DNA of 64,000 nucleotides from Amoebophrya sp. A120 (GCA_905178155.1 CAJINV010000004.1:6848358-6912357); one strand, 5' to 3'; shown: positions 46,549-59,419, counted from the first letter of the stretch. Translations and numbers: made by a program. The notes: a model not told the origin generated them from the letters alone.

Positions 46549-48801
46549 CATCCGGCGCCACGCCTTGCGGGATGGCCTTCGCCCTTTCCGGCACAGGCTT
46601 TCGCTTCTGGCTTCGCCCCGTTTTACTCTTCGTGAGTCTCTGTTGCATTGTGGCCGCCCACCTGGCGCACTTCCGGAATTGGGAGAAAGCTGGCGGGGTG
46701 TCACCCTTGTGCGCGAGACCTTTGCTGCGCTCTAATTAGCGGCCGCGTCCAAGCTCAGGCTGCCGGCCCCGGGCAAGCTGCCCGCTTTTAATTTGGTTTG
46801 GAAAAGCATTAATCTCAAAGCGGGAGGGGGGCCAAACAAATGCGCCAAAATGCCGGCGCAAATGGCCAGGGGGAAGGCGCGGCACATGGCCCAAACAGAC
46901 AGGGGGCGAACACAGGCGGTGGCTGCGGCCGCGCGAGGACAACCGGGGCCGACTGCCTGCGGGCCCATCGCGCCCAAGGCTTCTGCGCCCGATCACGAAA
47001 CGGAAGCAGGGCCCGGCAACAAAATGGGGCAAACCAAAACCCCCCACAGTCCTATGAAACAAATGCAACACAGGGGGGCAACCCTGGCATAGCTTCAAAC
47101 GGAAGCCCAAAGAAAACCCCGCAAAGGGCCAAGACAAGACACTACAGGGGCCACAAGGGTTGCGCCACAAAAACCTACTCCACAAAAACGGCGCCCAAAA
47201 ACAAAAGCCCCGGGCCACCCCGTTTGCTGTGCAAACCGCGCCCAAAACACTGCGAGTTTTCGGATTTCTCCAGTTTGCTTTTCCGCTGTGGTTATTGTTT
47301 TAGTTTGTGGTTTAAATTTTGTTTAATTTGTGGTTTAATTTTGCATTAAAATTTGCATTAATTTGTTGGGGGTGCGAAATCCCTAAGGATTCGCCTTGTT
47401 TTCAAATTAATGCAACTTTTATTGCAAATTTTATTGCAAAGGTTATTGCAAAAATTATTGCAGAGGTCTGGCCGCGAGATCTTGCGAAAAACGTCGCAAG
47501 TCCTGCCGCCGCCTCTGCAAAAACCCTCGACCCCTTCTGGCCCAGAAGGGCCCCGCTACCAGCCAAAGGCCACAGGTTGGGCCGGAATCGGCTTCCCGGT
47601 ACCGGCGGGCGACACCCTACCCCCTCGGGCCCCGTGGGGAAAAACAAGGCAAAACCCAGCCCCCGGGCCGAGAAACACAACCACGAAAACGCCACCCGAG
47701 AAGCAACCCGCCGAAACCCGTCCCCGGCGGCAGGCCGGGGGATTTCGGCAAGGCAAAGGGCAGGGCTACACCCTCGCGACGGACACAAAACCCAAACGCG
47801 GAACCCGTTGGCCTAGGGAACAAAAGAAGGGGGCGCCGGGCTCCATTAATTTCCCCCAAGGGGGAACCGCGCGGCGCCCTCCGGGAATTCCGCAAAGCAA
47901 GTCCCTGGCCAATCAATACACGAAACCAATGGGGCGAAACCCGGCGCAGCTTTTTTATTAATGCTTTTTTACGCTGATTCTATTGGCCCGAATTTGCCTG
48001 GGGCTGGCTGGCTGACCAAGCTCTTATTTTCTTGGCCCGTTTTTGTGTCTTGCTTTTTGGTCTTACTTTTTGGTCTTACTTTTCGGTCTTACTTTGTGGT
48101 CTTATTTTTTGGTCTTACTTTTTGGTCTTACTTTTGTGTCTTACTTTTAAGTCTTATTTTTTTCTCTTATTTTTTTCGCCTAAAATAACTCTTACTTTTT
48201 CTCTTATTTCCCCAACTATTGCGCGCGCGGCCACGGGCCGGGGGGTCTTATTTTTTTTCTTATTTTTTCTTTTATTTTTTTGCGCACTGAAATCGCACAC
48301 GAAATCGCAAAAAAGGCGCCCGCCAACTTTCGGGCCGTGAAAATAAGCCCGCCGATAGTGGGCGGAATAGGCGGCCTCAAGGACCCGCGGCCCGGCTCCT
48401 TGGCGCCGTCTTATTTTTCCCCGACTCTTAACTTCGCGAGGCCCGGGCGAAGGATGGCGCGTTCGCGTGGACCACGCCCCGGAACACCGCCCTGGCCCTG
48501 GGCACGCAGGGCGTGTTGCCTTTTCCCCCTTCAAGGCGGCCGCGGATTTCGCTAATTGTGTCCGGTGCCGCGCCCGCCTCTTTGTCCGGGGCGGGCGTGC
48601 CTGCCCGCTTGGCCTTTGCCGGAAAGCGGCCGTCGTTCTGCTTCGATGCCGACCCCCGGGCGGGTAGGCGCGCCTTGTGGCCAACTTTGTGGCCGCTCTC
48701 GCCATGTGATGATCCGGCTGCTTGGGTCCCGGCTTTTGGCGCGGCCCGTAAAATTTTTAGGCGTTTTTTAGCAAAAGCCCCGCAGGGCGCGGCTCCGGGT
48801 G
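46549..48801. mobile_element. Non-autonomous TIR element 4, hAT-like (8-bp TSD, CA...TG ends)
   Basis: catccggcgccacgccttgcggg vs reverse complement cacccggagccgcgccctgcggg; TSD atattctt at 46541-46548 and 48802-48809. Confidence 0.85.
48054..48157. repeat. Tandem repeat, 13-bp unit tttttggtcttac, ~8 copies
   Basis: Directly visible; degenerate tcttat/tcttac units continue to about 48270. Confidence 0.9.
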
Positions 48802-49206
48802 ATATTCTTTTTCTTTCAGACTCAATTAAGATGACACATATTCATTTCGATCGATATTCTCATCCCTGATTATCAGATAGACCACGATATCGATTCCAAA
48901 TAACACATATGAATATGAATGAGAATAAATCCATTGAAATAAAAAGCGAATTGGAGAATGTGGAAGAAAAATCTAAATCCAAATTCGATCTCCTGATTCT
49001 TTCTTTGATCTGTTTTTTCTTATGATTTCGAATGAGTATCCGATTACCTGATGATAATGGAATTGAACACGAAGAAATTAATGGCGAGATCATATCCGCC
49101 TGCGTTGAATATTTATGAGTTTGAGTCCTTCTACACCGGAAGCATTCTGTTGTTTTTCTTCGGAAACATTCTTTTGTTATGTGTGTGATAATTATCGTGT
49201 TGTCGG

Positions 49207-52196
49207 TCATTGTCGCTCAATGAAGCAGTGATGTATCGGTGGACAATCTTCGTCATCGTCAGCATCAGAAGTTGTAATATTACACGTTATCTCGTCGGTA
49301 GTTGTTGTGGTCGCATTTTTATCGATCTCCTCGATCTTCTCGCATGTTGTATTCGTTTTCGTCATCATCGGCGTGTCGAAAAGCTCGAAATCCACATGTA
49401 GAGAATCTTGTGCCGTCAAGATTTTCTTCTTCGGAAATGGGAGCCACAGGCAGTAATTTTCGTCGTGATGTAGAGCTGGGTCGACGGAGGTATCCTGTTG
49501 TTCATCGGTTTCGTCACGGTCATGATTGTCGTTTGTAAGTTTTCTCTTTTTCTTCATATTCCTCGTTTCCCGCTTTTTCATCTTCTTCAATCGTTTCGAG
49601 TGCACAAACGGAAACCCTGCCGCGTCCCTGACGTCTGCTTCTGTGAGTTTCACGTTGAATATGGATGAATTTCTATCAGCGGCGTCACAACTGCTGCCAG
49701 AGGTGCGTTCTTTAATGGGCGCCGTTATCAATGCGGGGGCCTCGGGCTCGGCGATTGTACAACTGTTCTTGCCGGCACCCCCTGGCGCACAAGAGGAAGA
49801 GCAACTTCTGCTGTCAACAATGTTTCGAAAGAAATTGGTGGGCGGAGCAGGTGGGTTCGCCTTTGCACGTGGCTGAGCAGGACGAGGACGTTCCTGTCGC
49901 TGGCCATCATCTAGCTCCTTGGTATTACAGTCAAGTGGATTTATCGCATGTCCATGTCGCGCATCAGCGTCGAAAATGTTTATTCTGTCAGCATCCCGTT
50001 CTTCTTCTTTCCATTCGTCAAACGTCGGGACTCCGCTTGGTCGCCGGCCCAGCCAGAGGTCAGCATATCAACTGTAAAAATGTCTGGGTCTGGAAGAATG
50101 TATGTTTGTCATGCTTGTCTGGCATGACTCTTAAATCTGTCATGCACGTTACCCAAGAGCTCCATTTTTCTTTGATGCAGAAACGCAGTTTGTCATGCAG
50201 AATAGGCAACACCTAGAAGCTCAGAAACTTGTCATGCTGAGCCAGCACTTGTGGCCTCATCATGAGACGCTACCCAGCATCACAAGTTTCCAGACCCAGA
50301 CATTTTTACATTTGGTACAGCATCCCGTTCTTGTTTCCACTCGCCAAACGTCGGGACATCCCTTGGTCGCCGGCCCAGCCACAGGTTCGCGAGAAACGTC
50401 ACTCTGGGGGGATCGCGGTCCAAGGACGGATTTTTCGGCGCACCAGAGCGGCCAACGTTTTTCAGATCTGTCTTCCTTGCTCCTGATCCAAACTTTTTAT
50501 TTCCAATCTTGGTTTTTTTCAGAGCGCGACCACCGCCGGTGGCATGTGCAGGTTCTTTCACAGCAAATTCGGCTGGAATACCGTGCAAAAAATTTCCGGA
50601 GAAGGCGATGTGTTTTCCTTTTCGCGGGTACGAAATCAGGCCTTTCGAGACGCCTTGTTGCGTAGTAGAAAGGGTTCTTTTCGTTGTGCTCTCATCCTGA
50701 TTTATTTTCTCCTGGTTAACGACATCAATACTCCCGTCGATGCCGTTGCCGTTCCCATCATCCGCGTTCTTGTTCTGTGTTGAGCTGTTGCTGGGGCTAG
50801 TACAACTTGTAGCTGCTCCCGATAAAAAGTGATCAAAGGGCACGGCATTCAGCACGATAGTGGGCGCAAAGCTGTTCGTCTTGCGGTTCGGCTCGGAAAG
50901 GTAGGTGACGGTGGCCAGGAAGGGGCAGTCGGTTTGTTGTTTATCGTCGCTGTTCATCTTCCCCCGGGCTCCTCGATTATTCTCAAAAAATTCTTGCGCC
51001 TCATCCCGGTCCCAATGAAAATCTTTCCCTTGGCGTTTTCTCGAATCCGCCACTTGGATCCACCACTCGACGCCCAACACATCTTCTGGTAGTTGAGTGG
51101 TGGACGCTGTTGTTGAAGCCGTCGGCGCATCATGTTGAAACACAGTGTCATCTAGCTTGAGATGCTGTTTCCAATAAGAGAACACCTTGTCCGCAAGCTC
51201 TTCGCAGGGGTTTGTCGCTGGTGCATCCACTATGCATTCCAAATACTTATGCCTGGGTCTGGAAACTTGTGACGCAAATCTACGAATTGTGGGCGCACTA
51301 CAATATGCAACCCGGCATGACAAGTTTTTGTTTTTGCGCTGCTGTGTGTTTCGTTTTTTGAATGACAAACTGCGTTTTTGCATGACAGGCAATAGGCCCT
51401 TTTCCTGCTCATGCATCACAGATTTAAAAGAAAAAGTCATGCCAGACAAGCATGACATTTTTGGACTTGCATTCTTGCAGACCCAGACATTTTTGCATTT
51501 GATATCCACCGGCTTCCACCAGGAGTGGCCGATGGGAAGGTTGGGAGAGAGGGTGGGAGCTGCTGGGGGGGAAAGAGTTCTTTCGGTGGTCTTCGTCATC
51601 TTTAGGGTTGATGTAGCATGCGTTGCAGCGGCTGCCGTTCTTGCGACACCTCCAGGTGGATCAGCATCTTTTACGTTTAGTTCGTCCGTGATAGAAGTGC
51701 CTGTAGTTCCCGTCGTCGTGCTAGAAGTATTGGCGAAAAGCATGTAGTGCGCGCGGTCGAAGAGGTCATCATCAATGACGTTTTTTACAGCTGCCGGACC
51801 ATTGGCACCTTCGCTCGGTGATGGAGCAATGCGATTCAGAAATTCCGGCGCATTTGCTTTATCGCCTTGCTGTGCCTGCTCCTGGTTCTTGGTCGCAGAT
51901 TCCCCACAAAAAGTCGCGACGTTGAAGAACTGGTCACAGATTCCCCACAAAAAATCTTTGGCCTGGTCAGCACATAATTGCGACGAAAAAGCTCGCGTGT
52001 CTGTTCTTGTCCCTGTTGCTGGTGTAGCAGTGACCGGAGAAATTTTCTCCTGTTCACGGAGCAGTAGACCCTGTTGGTCGCTTTTTTTCGACACGATGGC
52101 GCCCGCAGACGAAACTCCCGCTTGCTGGTGAGCAGCATCGCCAGCGGTTTTCTTCTTCGCGGCTTTTTTTCTCGTTTTCGATTTTTTTTTCGCCAT
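49207..52196 (-). CDS. 2OG-Fe(II) oxygenase-like protein, two introners
   Basis: GVEWWIQ..FHWDRDE..ATVTYL..PT..GKHIAFSG.FLHG..RVTFLANLW fits the HxD...H...R double-stranded beta-helix pattern; frame runs from MAKKK through both introner junctions to the stop at 49207. Confidence 0.72.
50066..50317. mobile_element. Introner family B
   Basis: TIR tatcaactgtaaaaatgtctgggtctggaa / ttccagacccagacatttttacatttggta; direct repeat cagca. Confidence 0.92.
51231..51504. mobile_element. Introner family B variant, stop-free and frame-preserving in the host ORF
   Basis: TIR tatgcattccaaatacttatgcctgggtctgg / gcagacccagacatttttgcatttgata; direct repeat tccac. Confidence 0.9.
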
Positions 52197-54291
52197 CCTC
52201 GAATTCTACTTACTCTAGTATTCGGAATATGACTTCCACTTCTCTGACTCGAATGTGCTGAACAAGGGAACGCTTGCACGATAATACTCTTAGTTCTAAA
52301 AATAGGCCTACGGGGTCAACAATAGTGCGCCAACACCAACACGTGCATGTCCTGATTCGACGAGTTACTTGTTGTACACTGAGGTGAGCAATAAAGCACA
52401 AGCAGGAACAGAAGAGCCCTTGATTTGACCTTGATGTAATACTTCCAACCGAACGATCGTGAAGAGATTTGTGATCTTGACCTATGCACAACGTGATCTT
52501 CGCAGCTCATCACAATTTCACCAACATATGATCAGAAGAGCAGAAAATAAGACCTAGAACAGGAGAATAGGAACGTTTAGGAACTTCAACATCTCGGTCG
52601 GTTGCACTTCTACGAGATGAGCTGAATTAAAACTTTTTCTTTTTTCCAGATACACCACGACTGACTTCTGGAGGATCTCACTTTATCTTTTATCACTAGA
52701 GGTTCTGTGCTGGTCGAACATCGCATCAGAGTCCACAATCACTGACTCGGTACTACTTCGCCGCACACACACACTACTTAGCTCAACAGAAGCGCAGCAG
52801 GTAACAAGGATCAACCAATGCCATCAACCACAATGCGATTGAATTCATCTTCGAAAAACATCTTCAAAAGTATTCAATCAGACCGAGCTCCTGCGCCTTC
52901 AGTAAACAGCAGCTACTGAAGATGTATGTCGCTCATCAATAGAGCTGTTGTTCCATCAACCACGAGCTTGAAGACAAGCAAGCGACTTCATTACGGTATT
53001 TTCCAGTACGGCATAATTAATGTGGATCCGAAGTGCTTAGCGACATCTAATCTATATTTTTGCAAAAATTTCGTGGAAAACAATGTAGTATTATTGTTCA
53101 CAAGTTTTTATGGTTGCCTTGCTTCATCTACAGCGTATGGTTTGATTTTTTTCTATTCTTATTTTCATCGTTGTACTTGTATCACATTTCTCATTCTGAT
53201 CTAACGGCAGGCGCTCGTCGTAGTTCATTAAGAGTCGTGTACAAAAATCGTTTTAAGATTTTTACAGTGCCTGTAGACTCAACATCAGCAGAACCTGAAC
53301 CAGATCCACACGACGCTCCATGCTGTGCCTCTGGCCGGACCTGCGGCATGGCGGCTAGAAGCACCTTGCAACACACGCTCCGGACGAAAGAGGAATATCG
53401 TACCTGGGGTATTCGTATTTCGCCTCAGATCACATGCACATACTGGCACTTAGTACAAGAAAAACTGATTGGATGTTCTCTGGAATTCTGGTTTGCAGGC
53501 GTTTTATGATCTTTTCAGACTCAGAATGAAGCTACGTGCAAAAATGAGATAAATTTACCTGAAGGGTCGCCTTCGTTCACGATCGATTGAAAACCACGTG
53601 ACTCCGGACGCTTATAATCTCCATGATGAATGCAGCACACTACGATCTTCGCGTTCCGCTAGCAATCGACACAAAATATCGGCCTTCATTTCCCGCTCCT
53701 GTGCTTCCATGTCACCGGTCATTGTTTTTGATTTTGATGCGTAGTTACAACAACCGGAGCCACCAATAGCAGCAGTGTCGATTGTTTGTGTTGGACAATA
53801 GAAATGCGTCGGGTGATGCGATGAAGAGAGCAAATTGAAATTGCTCCGCGTGTTAGAAGAGGAACTGGTGCCGCCAGCGCTAGGGCGATTGTGTACCCTG
53901 TGCTCAATACCGGTCGTCGTTGTTGTGCTTATGATTTGTTTGGAGGAAGTACTTGTTTTCTGATCTGATGAAGACATCAATGCAGGAACAACAGGAAGTA
54001 GGAATTCTTTTTGTCTTGCTGCTGGAATAGAACTGCTTGTACCCTTGCTGGTGGTGTTAAATGCGGAAAGTGCTGCACCATGGTCAAAAAGAGCGACATC
54101 CACATTGTCAAAATATTTTGAGGTGTCTACTCGTTCGCATCTCGTACTTCCCTGTTCTGTTTTTTTTTTTTTTGCGATCGAGAAGAGGATCATACTATCG
54201 AGAAGTCATTTGTATTTGATGAAGATGATCATGTGCATGCATCAACAAACTCTAAAAATCACACTGAGCCAGCACTTCTCGGATCAAATTT

Positions 54292-57200
54292 CTATACCAA
54301 AGAGGGCTGTGCCGATTCCCGCTGCGCTTTCTGTCGCCAGTCTTTCGGCTCTCGAGTCTGCCAAGGAACAAGGTCAACAGCACCGGCCTGCAGAGCAGGG
54401 TCTACTACTTGCTGCAGTTCCGACTCCTCATCCTCTTGGTGCCAATCTGCCCATTCTATCGGCGCCTCTTCGTCATCTCGTCCATCTTCTTCAAAAGTTT
54501 CATAGTATTCAGGATTTATGATGCCGTCGCGATAAAACAGACCACTGCCCGGATCCTCGTGATCTACTTCCTGCCCCATTTTTGGTAGCCGATCAGGTTG
54601 TGCCGTTGCAGCAGGGGCAACAGAAGATGTTCCATGATGAGCACGAGTAGGTCCTCCAGTTAGAACTTCCCCGGTGCTGTTACTTGCCGTTGTGGCAACG
54701 GTAAGGTTATCGCTGGTTTTGCGTCGATGTGGCGAGGACCCTGCTCCCCAGGGATTTGCCTCGGAGCCGGTCCACCAAGAATCGTTGGCTTTGTCGGCTT
54801 CCGCTTTGGCGGGGTGTACAAGTACCTGGCTGGGCGGAACACCGGTTGTTCCGTGCCAGATCTCTTGTCCTTGTGGCTGAAGAGGCGCAGTAGAAGCCGT
54901 GCTGGATTTCTTGACGAGATCTGTTTTTGGTTTCGCAGTCTTTATCTGTGGATGGGGATTGGAACGGAAACACGACGAGGAGAAAAAGTTGTGAGAGTTT
55001 TGCTATCAAAAATCGCAAACCCAAAGTCTGTCATGCGGCGACCCTGAAAAATAAACCACCAATCATAATCTCTTACGGGAGATAAAAAAGTCAAACCACG
55101 AACCTGCGACATCTGGCCCAGCCATGAAGGCGTTGACCTTTATCGAATGCAAATATGTCTGGGTCTGGAACAAGCCAGCCACTTTTCATGCGGTTTTTGC
55201 ATCTGCGCGAAGGGCTGGAAAACAAAGAAGAGCGTGACGAATTCCGCAGGAGCCTCTCCATTCCTAGTTTGCATGAGAGATTATACCTTCCCTGGAGACA
55301 AAATACCATCCACTGGAGGCGGCACATGTTTTGCTGACTCTGCAACACAGATTTTTGTTTTTCGTCGTTTCAGAATCCGCATCAGAAGTTTGCTTCTTTC
55401 CAGACCCAGACACATCTAAATTTGCAAAGCATAAGGTTCCACCTTGACGGGGATGCCTCGACGACCTCCTGCTCCTCCTCCACCAGCTCGAACGGTCGTT
55501 TGAATTGGCTCTGCCCACCCTTATTTTTACCCGGCATGTCCTCATCCTTCGGCGGCAGCGTCAAGTGGTGCTGCCCGATCGGGGCCAAAGACCCTACATT
55601 CGTTATCATTTGATGTTGTTGCACCGCCGGATAGGGCGAGGCGCGGGAAGCAGCAGCTGTTCCCGGGTAGGGCGCAGCGGAAGCGCGTAGTGGCGAAGAC
55701 GGTGCGGAGGTCGGGGCAGGTGCATTCATCGAACCGGCTCCCTTGATACCGCTCAGGAACGGCACTGAAGGAGCATGTTGGGGCGGCTGAGGGAGGTGTT
55801 GAGCATGATGAAGATGCGACAACCCAACGCCACTGCTAGTGGCAGTACTAGCACCTGCTCCCGGGGCGGGCGTCGCTGCGTGATACATATGTGCAGGCGG
55901 AGGCCCCGGGACGGAGGAGTGATAGGATTGTCCCGGCGTGAACTGTGTCGCAGCGGCGTTGAGCGAGGACGGAGAGGTCGGTGGTTCCGGTTGTTGCTGG
56001 TGTTCCACCTGATTGTCGAGGACTCCAAAAAGGTGGTTTCCATGATGCTGCTTCAACTGCTCGTGCACGACGGAATTTGTAGTTCCTGTACCAGAAATCA
56101 AACCTGGTCCGGCTGCTGCAGTGGAAGCGGAGGAAGACACCGCGACCGGAGCATCGGCATTATTTGCGATCACTTCCATCCCCAGAGCCATTTGCCGGCT
56201 CAGACTGTTGGCGTAGGCCTGTTTGAATCTTTCGTTCAAAGCGGCGTCGGATACTTTACTTTCCTTTCCGCTTGTTTGCTGCGCTTGCAGTTCCTTTTCC
56301 TTCTCCTGGTGTTCCTGCCACCAACTGCGCGCTTTTTGAATCGCCTCATTAAATTCTTGCCGCCGCTTTTCTGCCTGTTGCGCGAACTGCTGCTGTTGCT
56401 GTTGCTTTTGCTGCTGTTCCTGTTGCTGCGCACGCATGCGCTGCTCCACTTGCTCCAGCGACAGTGTTTCGTGAACCATGACAACCCCACTTGTAGAAGG
56501 GGCTGTGACACCAGCTTCGTCGTGCACCAGCTGCCCCTGATACTCCGACGAATGTTGGCCAGGAGAGGCGCCCATGACCGGTGCAGACGAGGCCGAGAAA
56601 AGTTGTTCCAGTACCTTGCTAGGCTGACTGTTGTCGGTATGTTGCACGTTTTCAGTGACAACATTGTTACCAGTAGCTGCACCTCCTTGTAGTTCTTCTT
56701 TTGGATCATTGTCAGCACAGACACAGACGTAGACCTTCGCTGCGCCGTCAATGTGCGCAAGTGCAAGGTTGGGGTCTGGGGTGTAGTCATAGTCGCCCTG
56801 CTGCTTCGCCTTCACTTGCGCATGAGCTGTTGGCGTACCACTAGTGATGCCAGCAGTTGCTAGTGGTTGTTGTTCACCAGCAGCTCCAGCTGCGGCTACT
56901 GCAGCCGCAAACAGAGGGGCCGCCGCGGCTGCGTCCGCACAGTACTGCTGCTGCTGCTGCAGCGTGAGATTGGGCGGCAGAAGCATTTGATGGGGTGCAT
57001 CAAAAGCAGCAGCTCCACTAGGTGTAGCAGTTGATGGTCCACCACCACCTCCCATGCTCTCCAGGCCGGGTGGAGCACCGGGCGGTAGAGTAGCGGTGAT
57101 CTGTGGCGAGGGCGTGGCGCTCACCGTCTGGGATAAAAGAGGCGAAAAACCAGCAACAGAGCTCGTGCCGCCCGTGCCCCCGGTGTCGGCCGGGATGAAA

Positions 57201-58060
57201 GTGCAGGACGGGGAAGCACCAGGCGACCCTGTAGGAGCGATTTGCGGTGAGCGGGAGGGGGAACTTGTAGCATGTTGATGTTGATCTTGATACAAAGCAG
57301 CATGATTTTCAAGACCCTGATGTGCGGAGGACGAGGAGGCCCCCCACGATTGCATCGGCTCCAGTCTGGTGTTCTCCACTCGTCCTCCGACCTGGTTAGC
57401 GGCTGCTGCGGCGGCCTGCTGCAGGGCGATTTGTCTGTAGCGTTCCTCGTGGTCGCGCTGCTGTTCATAGTACTGATGCACTTGCTGGCGCATGTCGGTT
57501 AGTTTCTGCAGTAACAACGCGTACTCCTTGGTTTGTCCGGGTTGCAGGTGTTGCATCGTAAACTCGAGCTGCCGGATAAATTGGATCGCGTGCTCCATGT
57601 TGCCCGCCGGGACAACTTGAGCTAGAAGTTGTTCCGCTTGTTGCTGCAGAATATATTGCTGTTGAGCAGTTGTAGAGTTGTGCAGTTGTGTTTGGTGCGC
57701 GTCGTGAAGCCGAAGGTGCGCCGCGGATAGGTGGTGAGGGCTCGTTGTTTGGTCAAAAACTGGTGCAGGATGTGGACCTCTGTGCTGATAGTCCTCTACT
57801 TGCGGCTGTTGAAAGGGAGATGCTGCCCCTCCTGTTGATGGCCGTTGCTGCTCCACGAGGACCCGCGCACTGGCATCTTGGGAGCTGCTAGCGCGACGCA
57901 GCTGCACACTGACCGCGCCGGCTGGGAGGGAACAAATTGTTGCGAAGAGGACTTTGCGGAGGCAGCTGAATGATCTCGCCTTCGTCCGATAAGATGGTGA
58001 TAAGCCGCGGGTCTTCAATGTGAGACCAGGGCTCATCGAGATGGTTGACTTCTTCGACAT
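54292..58060 (-). CDS. Large Q/A/P-rich low-complexity protein with a PAM2-like motif; one introner and one GT-AG intron (54946-55103)
   Basis: 892-codon ORF continues SPSR-STPSWLGQMSQ-IKTAKPK...QPSLV* in my preferred model; SSLNAAATQFTPG resembles PAM2. Confidence 0.62.
55141..55433. mobile_element. Introner with the family A TIR and a third core type
   Basis: tatcgaatgcaaatatgtctgggtctggaa / ttccagacccagacacatctaaatttgcaaagcata; direct repeat acctt at 55136-55140 and 55441-55445, with 7 extra nt before the second copy. Confidence 0.82.
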
Positions 58061-59419
58061 TTTGAAGTAGAATGCTGTTTTTATTTCGCCGGGTCGGTTT
58101 ATAGATATGGTTTATGGGAAAAGATTGAAGATTTTGGAAATCACAATCAGTGGTATACGTATACCAGTAGTTTTGCCAACATATAATCGATCTGAGGAAC
58201 GCTTTATGTCTTTCTTCTTCTTATTCACATATTGATCGTTTTTCGTTTTGTTTTGCTATCATTCCACGTAAGATAATGCTGATGATGGTCGTCTTCTAGC
58301 GAAGTTCGCAATCATATCAAATACAATGCGTGAAGCTTAATATTACATGCTGCAAAGTCATTCACGATGTCATCGTTCAAAATTTTCAAAAGTGTTCTTG
58401 TATTCTGGTTTTTACTCCTGCAACCATATTTGCACAGAAGAGATGTATCGTTCGCTATCGGGACGATCGCACGCTGCCGCGGCAAGAATCAAAAATGGCG
58501 TTTAAGGTATATTGAAATGTTGATTTCTTAAGAGGCAACTCAAATGTGAACTAGACATCAAGCTGAACGCGCATGCATAGCTGCGTGGATAATCATCCCT
58601 GCGGCGCAAAAAAACAAATGCAAAACGCCCAGAGCAGATCGCTTTATCGTTATGCTGAAAGAATTAAAGCATAGAAGAATGCCGCCTGAAATAAAGCAGT
58701 ATTACAGAATCTGAATCAACTACATTTAAAGACTCGTGATTCGAGTTCTCGCCATCCGACATTGTAGTACTGGTAAAGGCTCAACGCCGGAAGGAGCCGC
58801 GAACGAAAAGTATCAGCACGAGCCTCGTTCAGGAAGTGTGAGGATCTCTGTTGGTGTTGACACGATCATCAATGCGCCGAATGCAGTAAAACTAGATCTT
58901 CTGCCTTGTCGTTGGCAAGCACGCTGACACGAGGATCATCATCTTCTTCACTACGCTTGTCTACTACTCAAACAGACAATCTTACTCTTAGTCTAGATCT
59001 TCCTTCCGCTCCTCCTCGTGAAATAATACGTATAATGATGAGAAAGACAAAGAGGATCCACGGTAGTTTTCTCCATATAGGCATAGAGACAGAGCCTCTT
59101 TTTCTGGTTGGGACCCAATACGAACAGTCCGCACAGCACATCAATACAGTGCTGCAAGTCCTCCAAGCGTGGAAAACACGGCCGGGTTTTCGTTTTACAG
59201 CATCTTCGAAAGTGATCATTCTTCTATGCGGCGTCTTCAATTATGTGCTATGTCGTGTTATGTCCATGATTAGGTTTGTTCATTTTTTTTCCAGAAAAGA
59301 CTTGACTGCATGAGGAAACTTGCAAAAAAATGCTGACTGTAGTGACCGAAAAGTGGAAAATCTTTCACGTAGCAGGTATGCGCATCTTTCATGTCACTAT
59401 TGAAGGGTACATCACAACT

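Noticed and set aside
40890-48869. Many ORFs of 60-257 aa in the GC-rich elements, possible transposase
   Set aside because: Low-complexity translations of repeats open in several frames; no DDE or other motifs.
53612-54193. 193-aa minus-strand ORF
   Set aside because: No recognisable domain or clear start; could be a small gene or UTR, not supportable either way.
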